Under the pieces are notes generated by a model, which made no database searches, was not told the DNA's origin, and saw nothing but the letters and a program-made list of their open reading frames with translations. Shown one piece after another: positions 1 to 58,534 of a DNA stretch of 64,000 bases (position 1 is its first letter; every line of letters starts with the position of its first letter). Origin of the DNA: Camelus dromedarius (Eukaryota); the NCBI RefSeq assembly GCF_036321535.1, contig NC_087436.1, positions 122,266,001 to 122,330,000 of the forward strand, written 5' to 3'. A program made the position numbers and the translations under genes.

Positions 1-996
1 CCGGGCTGAACTGTGTGTTTAAAAATCTGCTTTAGAAACTTCCCAATTTCCAGGTTACGGTATTTATAATCTTTGATACGAAAGTGACCTCTGTACCGGT
101 TGTGTCACACTGGCGATGAGACTGGCAGCCTGGGAGGGACTTCCCACAGGCTGGGCCTCACTCCGGAGCTCCTCACCCCTTCAGTTGTACACGGTCTCAG
201 TTTGACCCTAAAGATGCTGGGTCATTTCACGTGATGTTTTCTCGGACGGTGCCCTGTAATGTGTCTGTGCAGGGATACTTGCTGGGAAGAAGGCAAGGAA
301 GTTGATTCCTCTGGCCGGTGGCAGCAAAACTTCTTTTGTAAATAGTTATGATACTGATCTTAATGCCCGGTTTTCAAAGAATCCAGATGAAACACAGCAG
401 GCATCATGACCCTTGGCTGCAGATGGACAGTGTCCGGGTCAGCACTGCTGTGTGGCTTTGTGGAGCTGGCAGCATGCAGCCTGGGCCTCAGACCCTTCCA
501 CGCACCCTCTGGCAGCAGAACCTGGTGCCGGGCGCGGGGCTCTGGTCCTCCCTGAGCTGTGTCAGGAAAACCCCTTGTCTTTATGCTTCTGTGAAGGGAA
601 ATGCTCAGTTAGCGAGGACCACCAGTGAGGACACTTCACCAGGAACCTTCGCCCGCCTCGGGCCCTCGCCCAGGTCCCCACAAGGCCTCCCTGCAGCTGC
701 CTGGGGAGAGGGGAGGCCCCTCCCAGACCCCGGCCTGGCTGTGCCTCCTCCTGTGCCCAGCTCGCCCGCCATCCCCTGGGAGGTGCGGCCTTAGCGGCTG
801 TACTTACAGAAGGTGGAGAACGTAGTTGTACGTACCCTGTTGGGTTTCTCAGCCGACAGATGACGCTTCGTGAGGGGGCAGACCCGTGTTTATGCTCGAA
901 CACTCGCACCTCGGCCTTCCTTGTAATCAGACTGAGGCGGGCTCGCTCCGTGGTGCCATGCAGCTGAGCGCTGACCCGCCACCCTTGTCCTTGCAG

Positions 997-1086
997 CCAC
1001 CGAGACTGCCCAGCAGCTGAAGAGGAGCGCGGGGGTACCCTTCCACGCCAAGGGCCGGGGGCTGCTCCGGAAGATGGACACCACGA
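997..1086 (+). CDS. NELFA: NELFA coding exon (about exon 4)
   Basis: ttgcag|CC ACC GAG ACT ... ACC ACG A|gtaag; encodes TETAQQLKRSAGVPFHAKGRGLLRKMDTT. Confidence 0.95.
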
Positions 1087-4000
1087 GTAAGGCCGCGCCC
1101 CCGCCACCCCTGCCTGCCAGCCCCGGCTGCCTCGTGTGTCTGCCCTAAAGACACTCTTCCCTCGTCAGCAGAGTCCTCTAGGGTTGGGATCTGGTGGCGA
1201 CAGGCCTGAGGGTGCTTTCGGGCCTGTGAGTGTGGAACGAGGGGCGAGCTCGGGGTTAGTTTCAGAAGCTTTTCCATGTAGGATCTGGAAGGTTGCATGT
1301 GAACCCACGAGACAAGGAAGGACAGCAGAGGGAGACGCCTGTTTTGGTTTCTCACACGTCTTCAGCAGCCGGCGGGCGCGGGCTGCCATGCAGCTCGGGT
1401 CACTGGCCGGGTGCGGTCTCTGCGTCCTCTGTGGGAGATGGGGATCAGGCGTGGGGACGGAGGGTGGGTGGTTCTGGCTGTCCAGCCTGTAACAGGTCCA
1501 TTCACCAAGAGGCACAGGAAAGGAGTAGCACCCACAGTTGTCAGAGCTGATGGAGTCCATGTATTGGGTTGATGGCTGCAGAGGTGGCCTTTGTTCAGTG
1601 TCTTTGAAAATACCACGTTTTGGCTGTGGCATCATTGATTTCCAAGCCTTGCCCTTCTGGGCAGGCCAGCTTGGTGTCCAAGTTCATGGGAGGGGGACAG
1701 GACAGGCCCTTGGTCACAGGCGTCCCGGGGTTGCCACCTGCCCCTGCCCTGAGATGCAGTCTGTCCATGGGAGCCCTGGGCGGGGGCTGTGGAGTTGGCA
1801 GATGAGCGGTCCCTGTGGTCCTCCCCTAGGGCAGCTCGCCCTGGGCCATCTCTGCTGGTCACAGTGTCTGAAGCCCTGACAGCCACCGTCCTCTTTGCAG
1901 CCCCGCTCAAAGGCATCCCGAAGCAGGCGCCCTTCCGGAGCCCCACCGCGCCCAGTGTCTTCAGCCCCACCGGGAACCGGACTCCCATCCCGCCTTCCAG
2001 GACGCCCCTGCGGAAGGAGAGGGGCGTGAAGGTGAGCATGCCCCTCTGGCTTCTGTGGCCCCCAGGACCGGTCCAGCACGCCGTCGCTGTGGCTGAGGGT
2101 GGCCTTCTGTCTGTGTTGGCAGCTTCTTGACATTTCTGAGCTGGATATGGTTGGTGCCGGCCGGGAGGCGAAGAGGAGGAGGAAGACGCTGGGTGCGTGT
2201 GCGGGGCCTCCGGGCAAGGTCTGCGGAGGGGGCGCTGGCTGCCCAGGGGCCCCGCTTCCTCTGCTCGTGGAGGCCTGTGTCTCCCTCATCTCTGGCTGGA
2301 GAGAGTCAGCCCCGCGCACGGCCCTTCCCTGGGGGCTCGTTGCCGGCTTCGCCTGGAGACTGCGTGCCCCCGGGTGACCTGCTCTGAGCTGGGGCCAGGA
2401 TGGTGGCCGGGCCACTGAGGGCTCCGATTTCTCAGCAGACGCAGACGTGGCAGAAAAGCCGGCCAAGGAGGAGACGGTCATCGAGAACGCCACCCCCGAC
2501 TATGCAGCCGGCCTGGTATCCACTCAGGTAGGACTTCAGCGCCTCCAGCAGCCGGAGCGGGGTCCCTCCTGTTCGCGTTGTGGCTGCTGGAGGGTGCGTG
2601 TGCACACGTGTTTGCGCAGATCTTGTGCGGGGGTCTCCTTGGCGGTGTCCCCGCTCAGAGGCCTCTGCTGGTGGGGAGGCCGGGCCGCCGGGCACGGCGA
2701 ATGTGCGCCTTGTGGAGGCGTGGCTGCAGGTGGCCTGGGAAGGCCCGTCTCTGGGCAGCAGGTGACTCTTCCTCTTGCAGAGCTGTTTTCTCGCATCCTG
2801 TATCGTGTGCTTTCCTGGAAGGGAAGACACGGTCGAGCTTTCTCCTTTCCTCAGACAGCTGTTCGAGAGGCTCCTTCACCAAATGGGAACCGTCTGGCCC
2901 CTGCCCCTCTGCTGCAGCAGCTCCAGGCCGGGGGCCAGGGTTGGACACTTGGGGTCCCACACTGCCCAGTGTGGGGCCCAGAGAGGTCCCCTCCCCAACC
3001 CTGGGGACAGCAGTGTCCTTGTCCTGCTCCAGGGCTGGGGCCCCTCCAGTGGGGTGAGGCACTGAGGCCATGGAAGAGCCACCCGCCCAGTGTCTGGGGG
3101 AAGCACGTGCTGAGCCCCCGGCCTCTTCTGGGAGGAACCACAGACTCTTTCTTCCAGAAACTCGGGTCTTTGAACAATGAGCCTGCGCTGCCCTCCACGA
3201 GCTACCTACCCGCCACGCCCAGTGTCGTCCCGGCCTCGTCCTATGCCCCCAGCTCCGAGGCCCCGCCAGGTGAGGGGCGCCACACGCGGGCGGTGTTCCG
3301 TGGTCTGGGTGACCCCTGCTTGCCAGGAAGGAGCAACATCTCCCCAGGACTTGCCCACGTGGTGCTTCCTTGGGGGTCAGGACATCTCTGTCCCTCGTCC
3401 CTCTCCTTCAGTGGAGCCGGCCGGAGACCCAAGACCCTCCTGGCCGGCGTGAACTTGAAGAAACGAACCCAAAGTTCTCCCCTGCTTTTCCCTTCCTGGG
3501 GCCAGGGCCCACCCCTACAATCTCCCTACCCTCCGGGAAGTGCAGGGTCACAGAAGCCAGGCAGCATTTGGGTTCTGGGGTGGCACGGGGTCAGCGGGCA
3601 GCGGAGCAGACCCCGTCCACATCTCTAGGAGCCGCAGGCTGGGCGCAGAGCCCAGGGCGGGGTCCCTGCCCCCCGGCCCCTCACCAGGCCTCACTCCGCT
3701 TGCAGCCCCATCTTCCCGGGAAGCCAGCCTGCAGGCCAGCCGGCCGCCTGAGGAGCCCAGCGCTGCGAGCCCGGCGCTGCCCGCGCAGTTCAAGCAGAGG
3801 GCGCCCTTGTACAACAGCGGCCCGAGCCCTGCTGCACCCACACCCACTGCGCCCACCTCGCCCCTGACACCCACCACGCCCCCAGCTGTCACCCCCGCCG
3901 CCCAGACACCTCCGGTGGCCATGGTGGCCCCCCAGGCCCAGCCCCCCGCCCAGCAGCAGCCCAAGAAGAACCTGTCACTCACGGTAGGTGTAGGCGGCGG

Positions 4001-4459
4001 GGGGGCACATGGCCTGGCCCCCCAGCACTGCAGCGGGGCCCGGGCACCCACACCCTCTTCCCACTGCAGAGAGAGCAGATGTTTGCCGCGCAGGAGATGT
4101 TCAAGACAGCCAATAAGGTCACGCGGCCCGAGAAGGCCCTCATCTTGGGCTTCATGGCCGGCTCCCGAGGTGGGTCTGGTGGCCAGCCTGGTGGGCTTGG
4201 GGCTGCGGGTCCTCCGGGGAGGGGTCGGGGGTTGGCCCCCAACCCCTTCCGCCCAGCAGCCTCTTCCCCTGCAGAGAATCCCTGCCAGGAGCAGGGCGAC
4301 GTGATCCAGATCAAGCTGAGCGAGCACACAGAGGACCTGCCCAAGTCGGACGGCCAGGGCAGCACCACCATGCTGGTGGACACCGTCTTCGAGATGAACT
4401 ACGCCACGGGCCAGTGGACGCGCTTCAAGAAGTACAAGCCCATGGCCAACGTGTCCTGA
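997..4459 (+). CDS. NELFA: NELFA (negative elongation factor A / WHSC2), 3' part: 8 coding exons, 5' exons lie outside the window
   Basis: Spliced exons 997-1086, 1901-2031, 2123-2192, 2439-2527, 3158-3269, 3706-3983, 4070-4169, 4275-4459 have GT-AG ends and consistent phases. They translate to TETAQQLKRSAGVPFHAKGRG...QWTRFKKYKPMANVS*, matching mammalian NELF-A. Confidence 0.97.
1901..2031 (+). CDS. NELFA: NELFA coding exon (about exon 5)
   Basis: ttgcag|...GTGAAG|gtgagc; PLKGIPKQAPFRSPTAPSVFSPTGNRTPIPPSRTPLRKERGVK. Confidence 0.95.
2123..2192 (+). CDS. NELFA: NELFA coding exon (about exon 6)
   Basis: ggcag|CTTCTT...CTGG|gtgcgt; LLDISELDMVGAGREAKRRRKTL. Confidence 0.95.
2439..2527 (+). CDS. 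NELFA: NELFA coding exon (about exon 7)
   Basis: cagcag|AC GCA...ACTCAG|gtagga; DADVAEKPAKEETVIENATPDYAAGLVSTQ. Confidence 0.93.
3158..3269 (+). CDS. NELFA: NELFA coding exon (about exon 8)
   Basis: ttccag|AAA...CCAG|gtgagg; KLGSLNNEPALPSTSYLPATPSVVPASSYAPSSEAPP. Confidence 0.95.
3706..3983 (+). CDS. NELFA: NELFA coding exon (about exon 9)
   Basis: ttgcag|CC CCA...CTCACG|gtaggt; PSSREAS...QQQPKKNLSLT. Confidence 0.95.
4070..4169 (+). CDS. NELFA: NELFA coding exon (about exon 10)
   Basis: ctgcag|AGA GAG CAG ATG...CGAG|gtgggt; REQMFAAQEMFKTANKVTRPEKALILGFMAGSR. Confidence 0.95.
4275..4459 (+). CDS. NELFA: NELFA last coding exon (about exon 11)
   Basis: ctgcag|AG AAT CCC TGC...GTG TCC TGA; ENPCQEQGDVIQIKLSEH...KPMANVS*. 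Confidence 0.96.
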
Positions 4460-4879
4460 GGCCGCGGCCGCCCGCGCTGCAGGCCCTGTCTCGGGGTTCG
4501 GACTTGTTTTCTAAGTTTTAGTATGGGCTCCCTTTTGTGTGATTTAAGACACTTTTTTGGATTCAATATTACATTTTTGAATGTCAAACTTAGCCCAGAA
4601 AGCTGTAATTTCCTAATCTTAGGGACAGCTCTGACAGTTCGACTTCTTTTTTTAATTTTCTTCTTAAATTCCACTGGCCTTGAGGGAGGGCTCTTCCTTG
4701 CTCGTGCAGCCCCTGCCTCATGAGGCGCCGTGGGTGGCGCCCAGCGTGGCTGAGGACAGGTGGGGGCGGCGCCAGGGACGCCAGGCTGCGCTCCCCGCCC
4801 GCAGTCTCGTGCCTCTCGTACAGACGTGCGCATTTAAGACCAGGCCTTGGGTACTTGTTTCCACTGTAAAAACTGAGTA

Positions 4880-4885
4880 ATTAAA
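4880..4885 (+). terminator. Probable NELFA polyadenylation signal (ATTAAA)
   Basis: ATTAAA about 420 nt after the stop codon, followed by an A-rich putative cleavage region and GT-rich tgtgtttctgg. Confidence 0.65.
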
Positions 4886-5295
4886 GTTCAGCTTTTCTAA
4901 AGAAAGCACCAGAGCTGTGTTTCTGGCCAGCTCACCCTCCGCTCTGCTTGGGGGGGTCGGCGCTGGGGGAGGGGCCAGCCCACTGCAGGGTGAGGGGCGT
5001 CCGCGATTCCTCTCCTGGCCGCTTCACTCTTACGGGGAGTCTGGGAGCCAAGTTATTTATGATAGGGAAAAAAGCTTTTTTCCAAAATCAGAACAACACT
5101 GTTTCTGGTGTTTGTTGCACGTCCAAGGCCATGTCGGCCTCGCCCCGAAAGTCAAAAGCAGGATAACTTCCAAGGACGTCCGAGGACTGTGCCCCCCCGG
5201 AATGACAGCCGCCGACCAGGGAAGTGGAAGGAAGCCCCAGACTGAAGAACGCACTCCCACACAAAACAAGTTTAAGAAAAAAGCCTTTAAAATCT

Positions 5296-5301
5296 TTTAA
5301 T
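5296..5301 (-). terminator. Probable NSD2 (full-length isoform) polyadenylation signal (ATTAAA)
   Basis: The minus strand reads tattttgtATTAAAagattttaaagg, followed by U/GU-rich ttttttcttaaacttgttttgtgtggg. Confidence 0.6.
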
Positions 5302-7956
5302 ACAAAAATACTCACACACAGTTTTCCAGATACAACTTCCCATTTTAAATGCTTTCACTGCTATTTTGGCAATTCTCAAATCTACATTTTAGTATATTCT
5401 CCCCAGAAGTGAACTTCAAGTTTTTCGGTCGTCTGTCAGAACTGGCGGTAGCACCTGGCACCCTGAGAGGAGGCGCCCGACCTGCTGCCCGGAGCGCAGA
5501 CCCCGGCGGGCAGTGTTGCGTGTGGTTTCACATCTCGGCAGGGTCCGGGGATGTGACGCCCGTGGACTCGGCGTTCTGCTCAAACCTTCATCAAACGCTA
5601 CACATCTCATAGGGTCAAGAATTTGGCAACTGACAGTCGTTTGCATGGACTTTCATTAAAACAGGCTTATCTTCAGTTCCTGAAAATAAGGTAGTTCTAG
5701 AAGGGCACCGTGCGCTGCGGTCTGGCTGTCGTGGTAAGTAAGTGTGTGGAGGGCGCTGGGAGTGCAGACCTGAGGGTGAGGCAGGGCGTCCGCTCGCGTC
5801 TGGGTGGGGGGCCCAGAGGCACCCGGGAGGTGTTCCTCGCTTCCACTGCACATTGGTGACACGGGCCTGACACTGGCCCCCCAGCGCAAGCTGCCCTCAC
5901 GCAAGCCAAGGCCCCAGTGCAGCCCCGTCGGGAAGGCCCCTCCGGCCCGTAAACTGGTTTTCTAGAGATTCTCAAAGTTAGTGTTATTTGCTCATTAGTT
6001 TAGCAGTTTTTGGAAAGCAGGCAGCCATGTCAAAAATAGATTTTCCAGTATTTCCTTGAGAAAGATCATAGAAGAATTTGGAAATAATGTCAGAGTGACT
6101 CAAAAGCCACAAAGTTTTATGACTGTCAACACAAAAATAAGTTAATCTGCTCCCCAAAGTGCACTGTAAAACCAGTCCGGTGTTGTGACTTGGGCTGAAG
6201 GCGGTCCCTGGAGGGAGGACGGGTGACAGCAGTGCAGGCCGGGGGGGGGGGGGGTGGGTCCTCGACCTGTGAGTCAGTCCAGTACCTCCCCCGACCACCG
6301 GGGAGAAGCCGCAGTTCTCAACTGAGATGCTCTGCGGTCCCTGCGTCCCACCGGCGGCATGTGTTCAGACAAAGCTAAGCCTCACGTGCAGAAGCCCCAG
6401 CGGAGGACCAAGCCCGTCTCCTGTGACCCTGCGGCCTTGGCCTGGCAGAGCCCACCCCACCCCCAAAAACTCACGTCACAAAACCACGGAGAGGTCGTGA
6501 ACTTAAGTCCAAGTACGTCCTGCAGTCAGTTCTACGAGGCACAAACAGTGAGAGACAAACCGGAGGCCTCAGGAGTTTCCGAGAACAGTTGTGTGGACTT
6601 CTGCAGGACAGACGTTCTCCTTAGGTTATTTTAAGAAGAGGCCAGAGAGAAGCACCTGCCGCCACCATCCCGTCCCTCCCTCGCGACTGTGGGGACGCTC
6701 CCAACTTCCTGGGTCAGAAGGAGAGGAGCCTGGTCTCCACCTTGAACGCAGTGCTCGCGGGGTGGCTCGCTTCGTGCGGCAGGGCCTCTCAACAAGGAAG
6801 AGCTGGTGGAAACCTCGGGGGTCAGCGGCGGCCCGCGGTCAGGAGACCAGCGCCCGTGCCCAGCGCAGCTCACGTTTCCCAGGAGCAGACCCACGAGTGC
6901 GGAAAGTCACTTCAGGTGGCAGTGGTTCTGACCTCTGGGTCCCTCCTCAGCCTGAAAGGAGTACTTTCTGGAACTGCATGTGTCCCACGGGCTCTGGTCC
7001 CGGACAGACCGTTTCCCTACATTGTCGCTGCACACGGGAGTCAGCAGGGGGGCCGTGCCCCGCAAACCTCACTCCTTCTGCAGTGAGAACTCAGGACGCA
7101 TCAGTAAACACGCATATCAGTCGGTGGTGATTTGTGAAACAAGTTTAGCAAAAATATATTGAGAATAAAAGCCAGAAACTGGTAAAAAGCCAACTGAAAA
7201 AACATACAAACTCTTCCCCCAAGCACTGGTGAGAACCCCGGGGGGAGGCTGCTCCGCGGGCCTGTGCAGTGAAGGCCAGCACGGTGGCAGCGTCTGGGTC
7301 AAATCCGTGGGGAGCAGCCTCCGAGGAGGCCGGACACTAGCGCTGTCACCCATCCTGGGGCCGGCTTCTCAACAGGACGGGAGGAAGCATTTCGAGGAAA
7401 AATTTCACATTAGTACAAAAAAAAAATCATACGGCTGTTTCATAAGAGCAAAATAATGATCAAAATCATGGTTTCCAAGGCGTTCAGGGTCTGAGTCCTT
7501 GCCCAGGCCCCGCCCTGGTCTCCCCTGAGTGCGGACGACAGGCAGGCAGGCCGAGGGCCGTCGTTAAGATCAGGGAGGAGAGTGATCCTTAGAAAAGACA
7601 CTAATCTATATATTCCAGGTAAGATAACATTTCATATGCCAATTAACTTCCAATCATAACTTCAACCTAAAAAAACAGAGCGGGAGGGAGGCCTGGCGCT
7701 CAGATTCAAGTGTGGCTGGAATGCGGGTCGCTGGCTGGTCTGTCCTCAGACGGCGTCAGTGCGGGCGCAGCGGGCGCTGCAGCGATGGCTCAGTGTAGGG
7801 AAGCGCTCCCTCCCTGGGAGGCCTGTCTGTCTGTCTGTCCTGGCGGCTGCGGGCTGCGTCCTCTGGGCCAGGCCCACGCCCGGCCCCCTGCCCACCAGGC
7901 GGGCCAGCCGCCCGAGGCCGCCCCTGATCTGACCAAGACCAAGCCCCACGCGGGCG

Positions 7957-54844
<46,888 letters not shown>

Positions 54845-56394
54845 CTTCACGCCCTTGACCGCCTTCCCAGCAGAAAGACAACTGTTTCTGAGGCTAAATG
54901 CCACTCAGCCCAGATGCTCCCGTTCTTAGAACACTGCGGTATCAGAAACACAAAAAGAAAAAGAAACATACTACATTTAAATCCCGAAATGAGTATGCCA
55001 ACAAAGCTCTCCACCACTTTGTGGGGTTTATTGAGGCAATTTATGGTGCTTTGTATAATGAGTTCGGTCACAGGAGGCAACTCAAATATCACAAAAATGA
55101 CAAGAATCACAAAACGGTGCAGTGAAAGGAAAGGGACGGACACCAGGCCAGGGGACGGAAGTCAGGCTGCCATCCTGACCAGCAGTGGGCCATGGATGCC
55201 CACCCATCTGCTCCCTCACCTGGGAGACCAGATCACCTGTGGCAGGTCACCTGCCACAGGGACAGTGCCTGAGGCAGTGACCACAAAGCCAGGCCCGTGA
55301 GAAGGATTAAGGGGAGGCACTGAAGACCAAACACAGTTCCTCATGTCACAGCTGAGGGGGACCAGGATACACCTGAGATAACCAGTCGGCAAAGCTCAAA
55401 AACCCATCTCCCACACCTGGCGGGGACGGTGAGACGGCTCAGTCTGGCCAATCCCTCCCAGACCCCCACCACACCAGGCCCAAAGTCAGTGCCCTGACAA
55501 GGAGCACCACGTCAACAGTGAAGTCCAGTTACCGTTCCTGTGACGACGAATTGGTCCGGGGCGGCACCACAGGGCCTTACTTTGCACAACTCACCAAGTG
55601 ATGAGGGAGGCCCGGGGGCATGGGATCTTCCCGGCACAGCTACAGCCCTAGCTGGGGACACCCGGTGGGCAGCCTGGAACAGTAACAGGCAGGCACCGTT
55701 CCAGCTGGGATGACACCCACCAAGTGCACGACAGCCACCAACGAAACTCCTCCAAGAAGGCGGCACGCGGGCGCATCAGACCCGGGGAGCAGCCGGGCCG
55801 CACGTGGGGACAGCTCTGCCCCCAGAGACGTGTGGCGTTGCCTCGGGGCTGCCAGTGACACCTACTGGGGAGGGTCAAGGGTGCAGCTAAGCATCCTCAG
55901 CACACATGGCGGCCTCCCAGCAAAGAGCTATCCGGCAGAGAAGGCGCTGGCGTGCGATGTGCAGCAGTGAGGAGCTGTCCGGGCTGTGACCCCCGGCGCC
56001 CACGGAAACAGCCAGGGTGGCAGCCGCGCAGCTGAGGGGGGCCCGGGGAGAGGAGCCCACTTAGCACCCTAAGTCCAGCTTAGCCGCACACACACGAGAG
56101 CTCTGACTCCGCAGAACTGTTTCTGCAGGTAAATCGGTGCAGCTTCCTATTCTGGCTCACATCAGCCTAACTGGACAAAAGTAGGAGACGAGCACCTAAA
56201 GGCACTAGGGAGAGAGCGAGCCGGGGGAGCTGCTGGGCCGGCCCCTGAGCGGGCGGGAGGCAAGCGCAGTGGGTGTGCCGGGGAAGGGGAGCCCCGCCCA
56301 AATAAATCCAGGTCTCCACACGCACAGGGCAGAGTCCAAACAGCCTAGCTTAGGGAATACCAGAAGCAAGACTCAGCTGCTAGACAAAAACAAA

Positions 56395-57010
56395 CCAAAG
56401 CAACACTCTCACCCGAGGACGGCCACCGTCAGACAGACAGAAAGCAGGTGCCTGTGACGCTGTGGAGAAACTTGAACCCCTGTGCACTGCTGATAGGATG
56501 TAAAATGGCGCGGCTGCTGTGGAAAACACTACGGAAGTTCCTCAAAAAATTAATATGACCCAGCAATTCCACTTCTGGATACCTACCCAGGAGAACTGAA
56601 AGCAGGATTTCAAAGATATCTGAACCCCGTGTACAGAACAGCACCGTCCACAACAGGCAAAGGCGGAAGCAGCCCAAGTGTCCATGCACACAAAGGACAC
56701 GCCTCAGCCCTAAACAGGAAGGACACTCTGGACGCCTGCTACAACCTGGATGAGTTCTGAGGACATTCCGAGTGAAATAAGACAGTCACAACAGGACAAA
56801 TACTGTGTGACTGCACCTGTGTGAGTGATCAAGTCCATAAAGACAGATGGCAGAACGGCGGCTCCAGGAGCCAGGGGAGGGGAGAATGGGGAGCTGTGGC
56901 TTTCGTGGGGACAGCCTTTCAGATTTGCAAGATGTAAAGAGTTCTGGGACGGGTGGTGGTGACGGCTGCACAGTGTGAGTGTACTTAATGCCACTGAGCA
57001 GAACAAAGAA
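56395..57010 (+). mobile_element. L1MB-like ORF2 end and 3' UTR remnant
   Basis: gtggagaaacttgaacccctgtgcactgctgataggatgtaaaatgg...gttcctcaaaaaattaa...gacccagcaattccacttctgg are typical L1 3' motifs. Confidence 0.75.
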
Positions 57011-58534
57011 CGTCTGCAGCGGGTCATCCCGGCACCAGGGTGAGACCCCGGCGGAGAGTCCCCGCACAAGTCACGTCACACCCACTGCCACTCCTGCCCC
57101 TCACAGCAGTGGCTCGACGGCCCTGTCCTCGCATCCCCCTCGTCAACACACGGGGCAGCTCGGTCTCTCCAGCTGCTGTGTACCATCCAGCACGCAAACG
57201 TACCATTCCTACTGTTTAAGTCTTTCCAGAACACAGACAACGATGGAGTTTCCCAAAATGATGCATGAGGCTGGCACAGCTTTCACACCAAAACCAGGAA
57301 AATGAACGCAGAAAAGAGCCACAGACCAGGAGCAGCGTGACTGCCAGCACCAGGCGCTACGTGGTAAGACACTAAGACTAAAGAGGGTTTACCCAGAAAT
57401 GACGACTCAACGTCAGGAACTCCATTAACGTTCTGTCACCTGTTAACACATCGCAGGAGATTTCTGGTGAAGGCGGCCAAATTATTTTTTTAAACAAAAA
57501 AGAGGTTAGCTATATCACCTAATTCAAAACAAGAAAGGGGAAATCTTCAGGTCCAGAAACGAAGAAGGAACAGCACTGAGCCTCACAGGGCACGGGCTGC
57601 CCAGGACAGGACCACAGGATTCAAGGCTGTGCTCGGCGGCCAGTGCGGAGCTGAGGGCCCCCGCGCGGCGGCGGCCGGTCGGCAGGGCGGAGCACGGCTG
57701 CCGCGGTTCGGAGCACAGCATGAAGGCCACAGCCCGCGCTGGAATCTGGCCCCGCCGCCACTCACGGTGGCATAGGACTGCACCCTCTCACCTGCACTCC
57801 GGTTCCTGGGGACCGAGGGCCAGCCCACAGGCACCGCCCAGAGAAGACCAGAGTGTCGGCTGTCACAGCACTGTCACCAGAGCCTCACCACTGGCCAGCC
57901 CACGGCTGGCTGGGCCACAGCAACATCCACCCGACGCCCCTGGGGAGACAGAATCACCCTAGAGAACTCTTGCCTCACAAGGCCGTGGTGCCCCAAATCC
58001 TGAGCCAAGAAACCCAGATAAAAACGGGCCTAAAATGAGTGGCGCTGGCAGGCCCTGCATGGCAGCTGGGAAGCTGCTCAGGGGGTGTTCTACAGCCCAG
58101 AGCCTGGGTGCGCTCCCTGCCGAGGTGAGCCAGGAGACAGAGGTGACATTGCACACAGCCGCCACCACCCGGGAGGGCTGCCCACAGAGCTAGGCATAGA
58201 GCGATACGCAAGGTCTTCCACAGAATAACATAGGAAGTTTTTCATTACTCGCAGATTTGAAAAAGAAAACTAGTTACTGAAATAAAAAAAATTCAACAGC
58301 TGAGTTGAATATAGCAGACTAAATACAACTAAATGTATAATTAATAGATTAAAAGATAAATCTGAACAAATCACCAAGGCCTATGACTGGTAAAGAGAGG
58401 AAAAGTATTTGAGTGATTAAGAGACATAACATTCATACTTCATTCTTTCAAAAATTTATAATGCACCTAAAAAGTGCCAGACACTAAATTTTAGGTGTTA
58501 GAGTTACAGCATTGGTCAAAATGAGATAAAACAT

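Noticed and set aside
1826..1919. Region orthologous to human MIR943 (NELFA intron 4 / exon 5 junction)
   Set aside because: Only partial similarity to the recalled human mature sequence (ctgacagccaccgtcctc here versus ctgactgttgccgtcctc). The seed differs and I see no convincing hairpin; the similarity is explained by the splice acceptor and exon.
1714..4327. Long antisense ORFs over NELFA (1714-2493 and 3548-4327, 259 aa each)
   Set aside because: Low-complexity G/A/P/R-rich shadows of GC-rich coding exons with no recognisable domain
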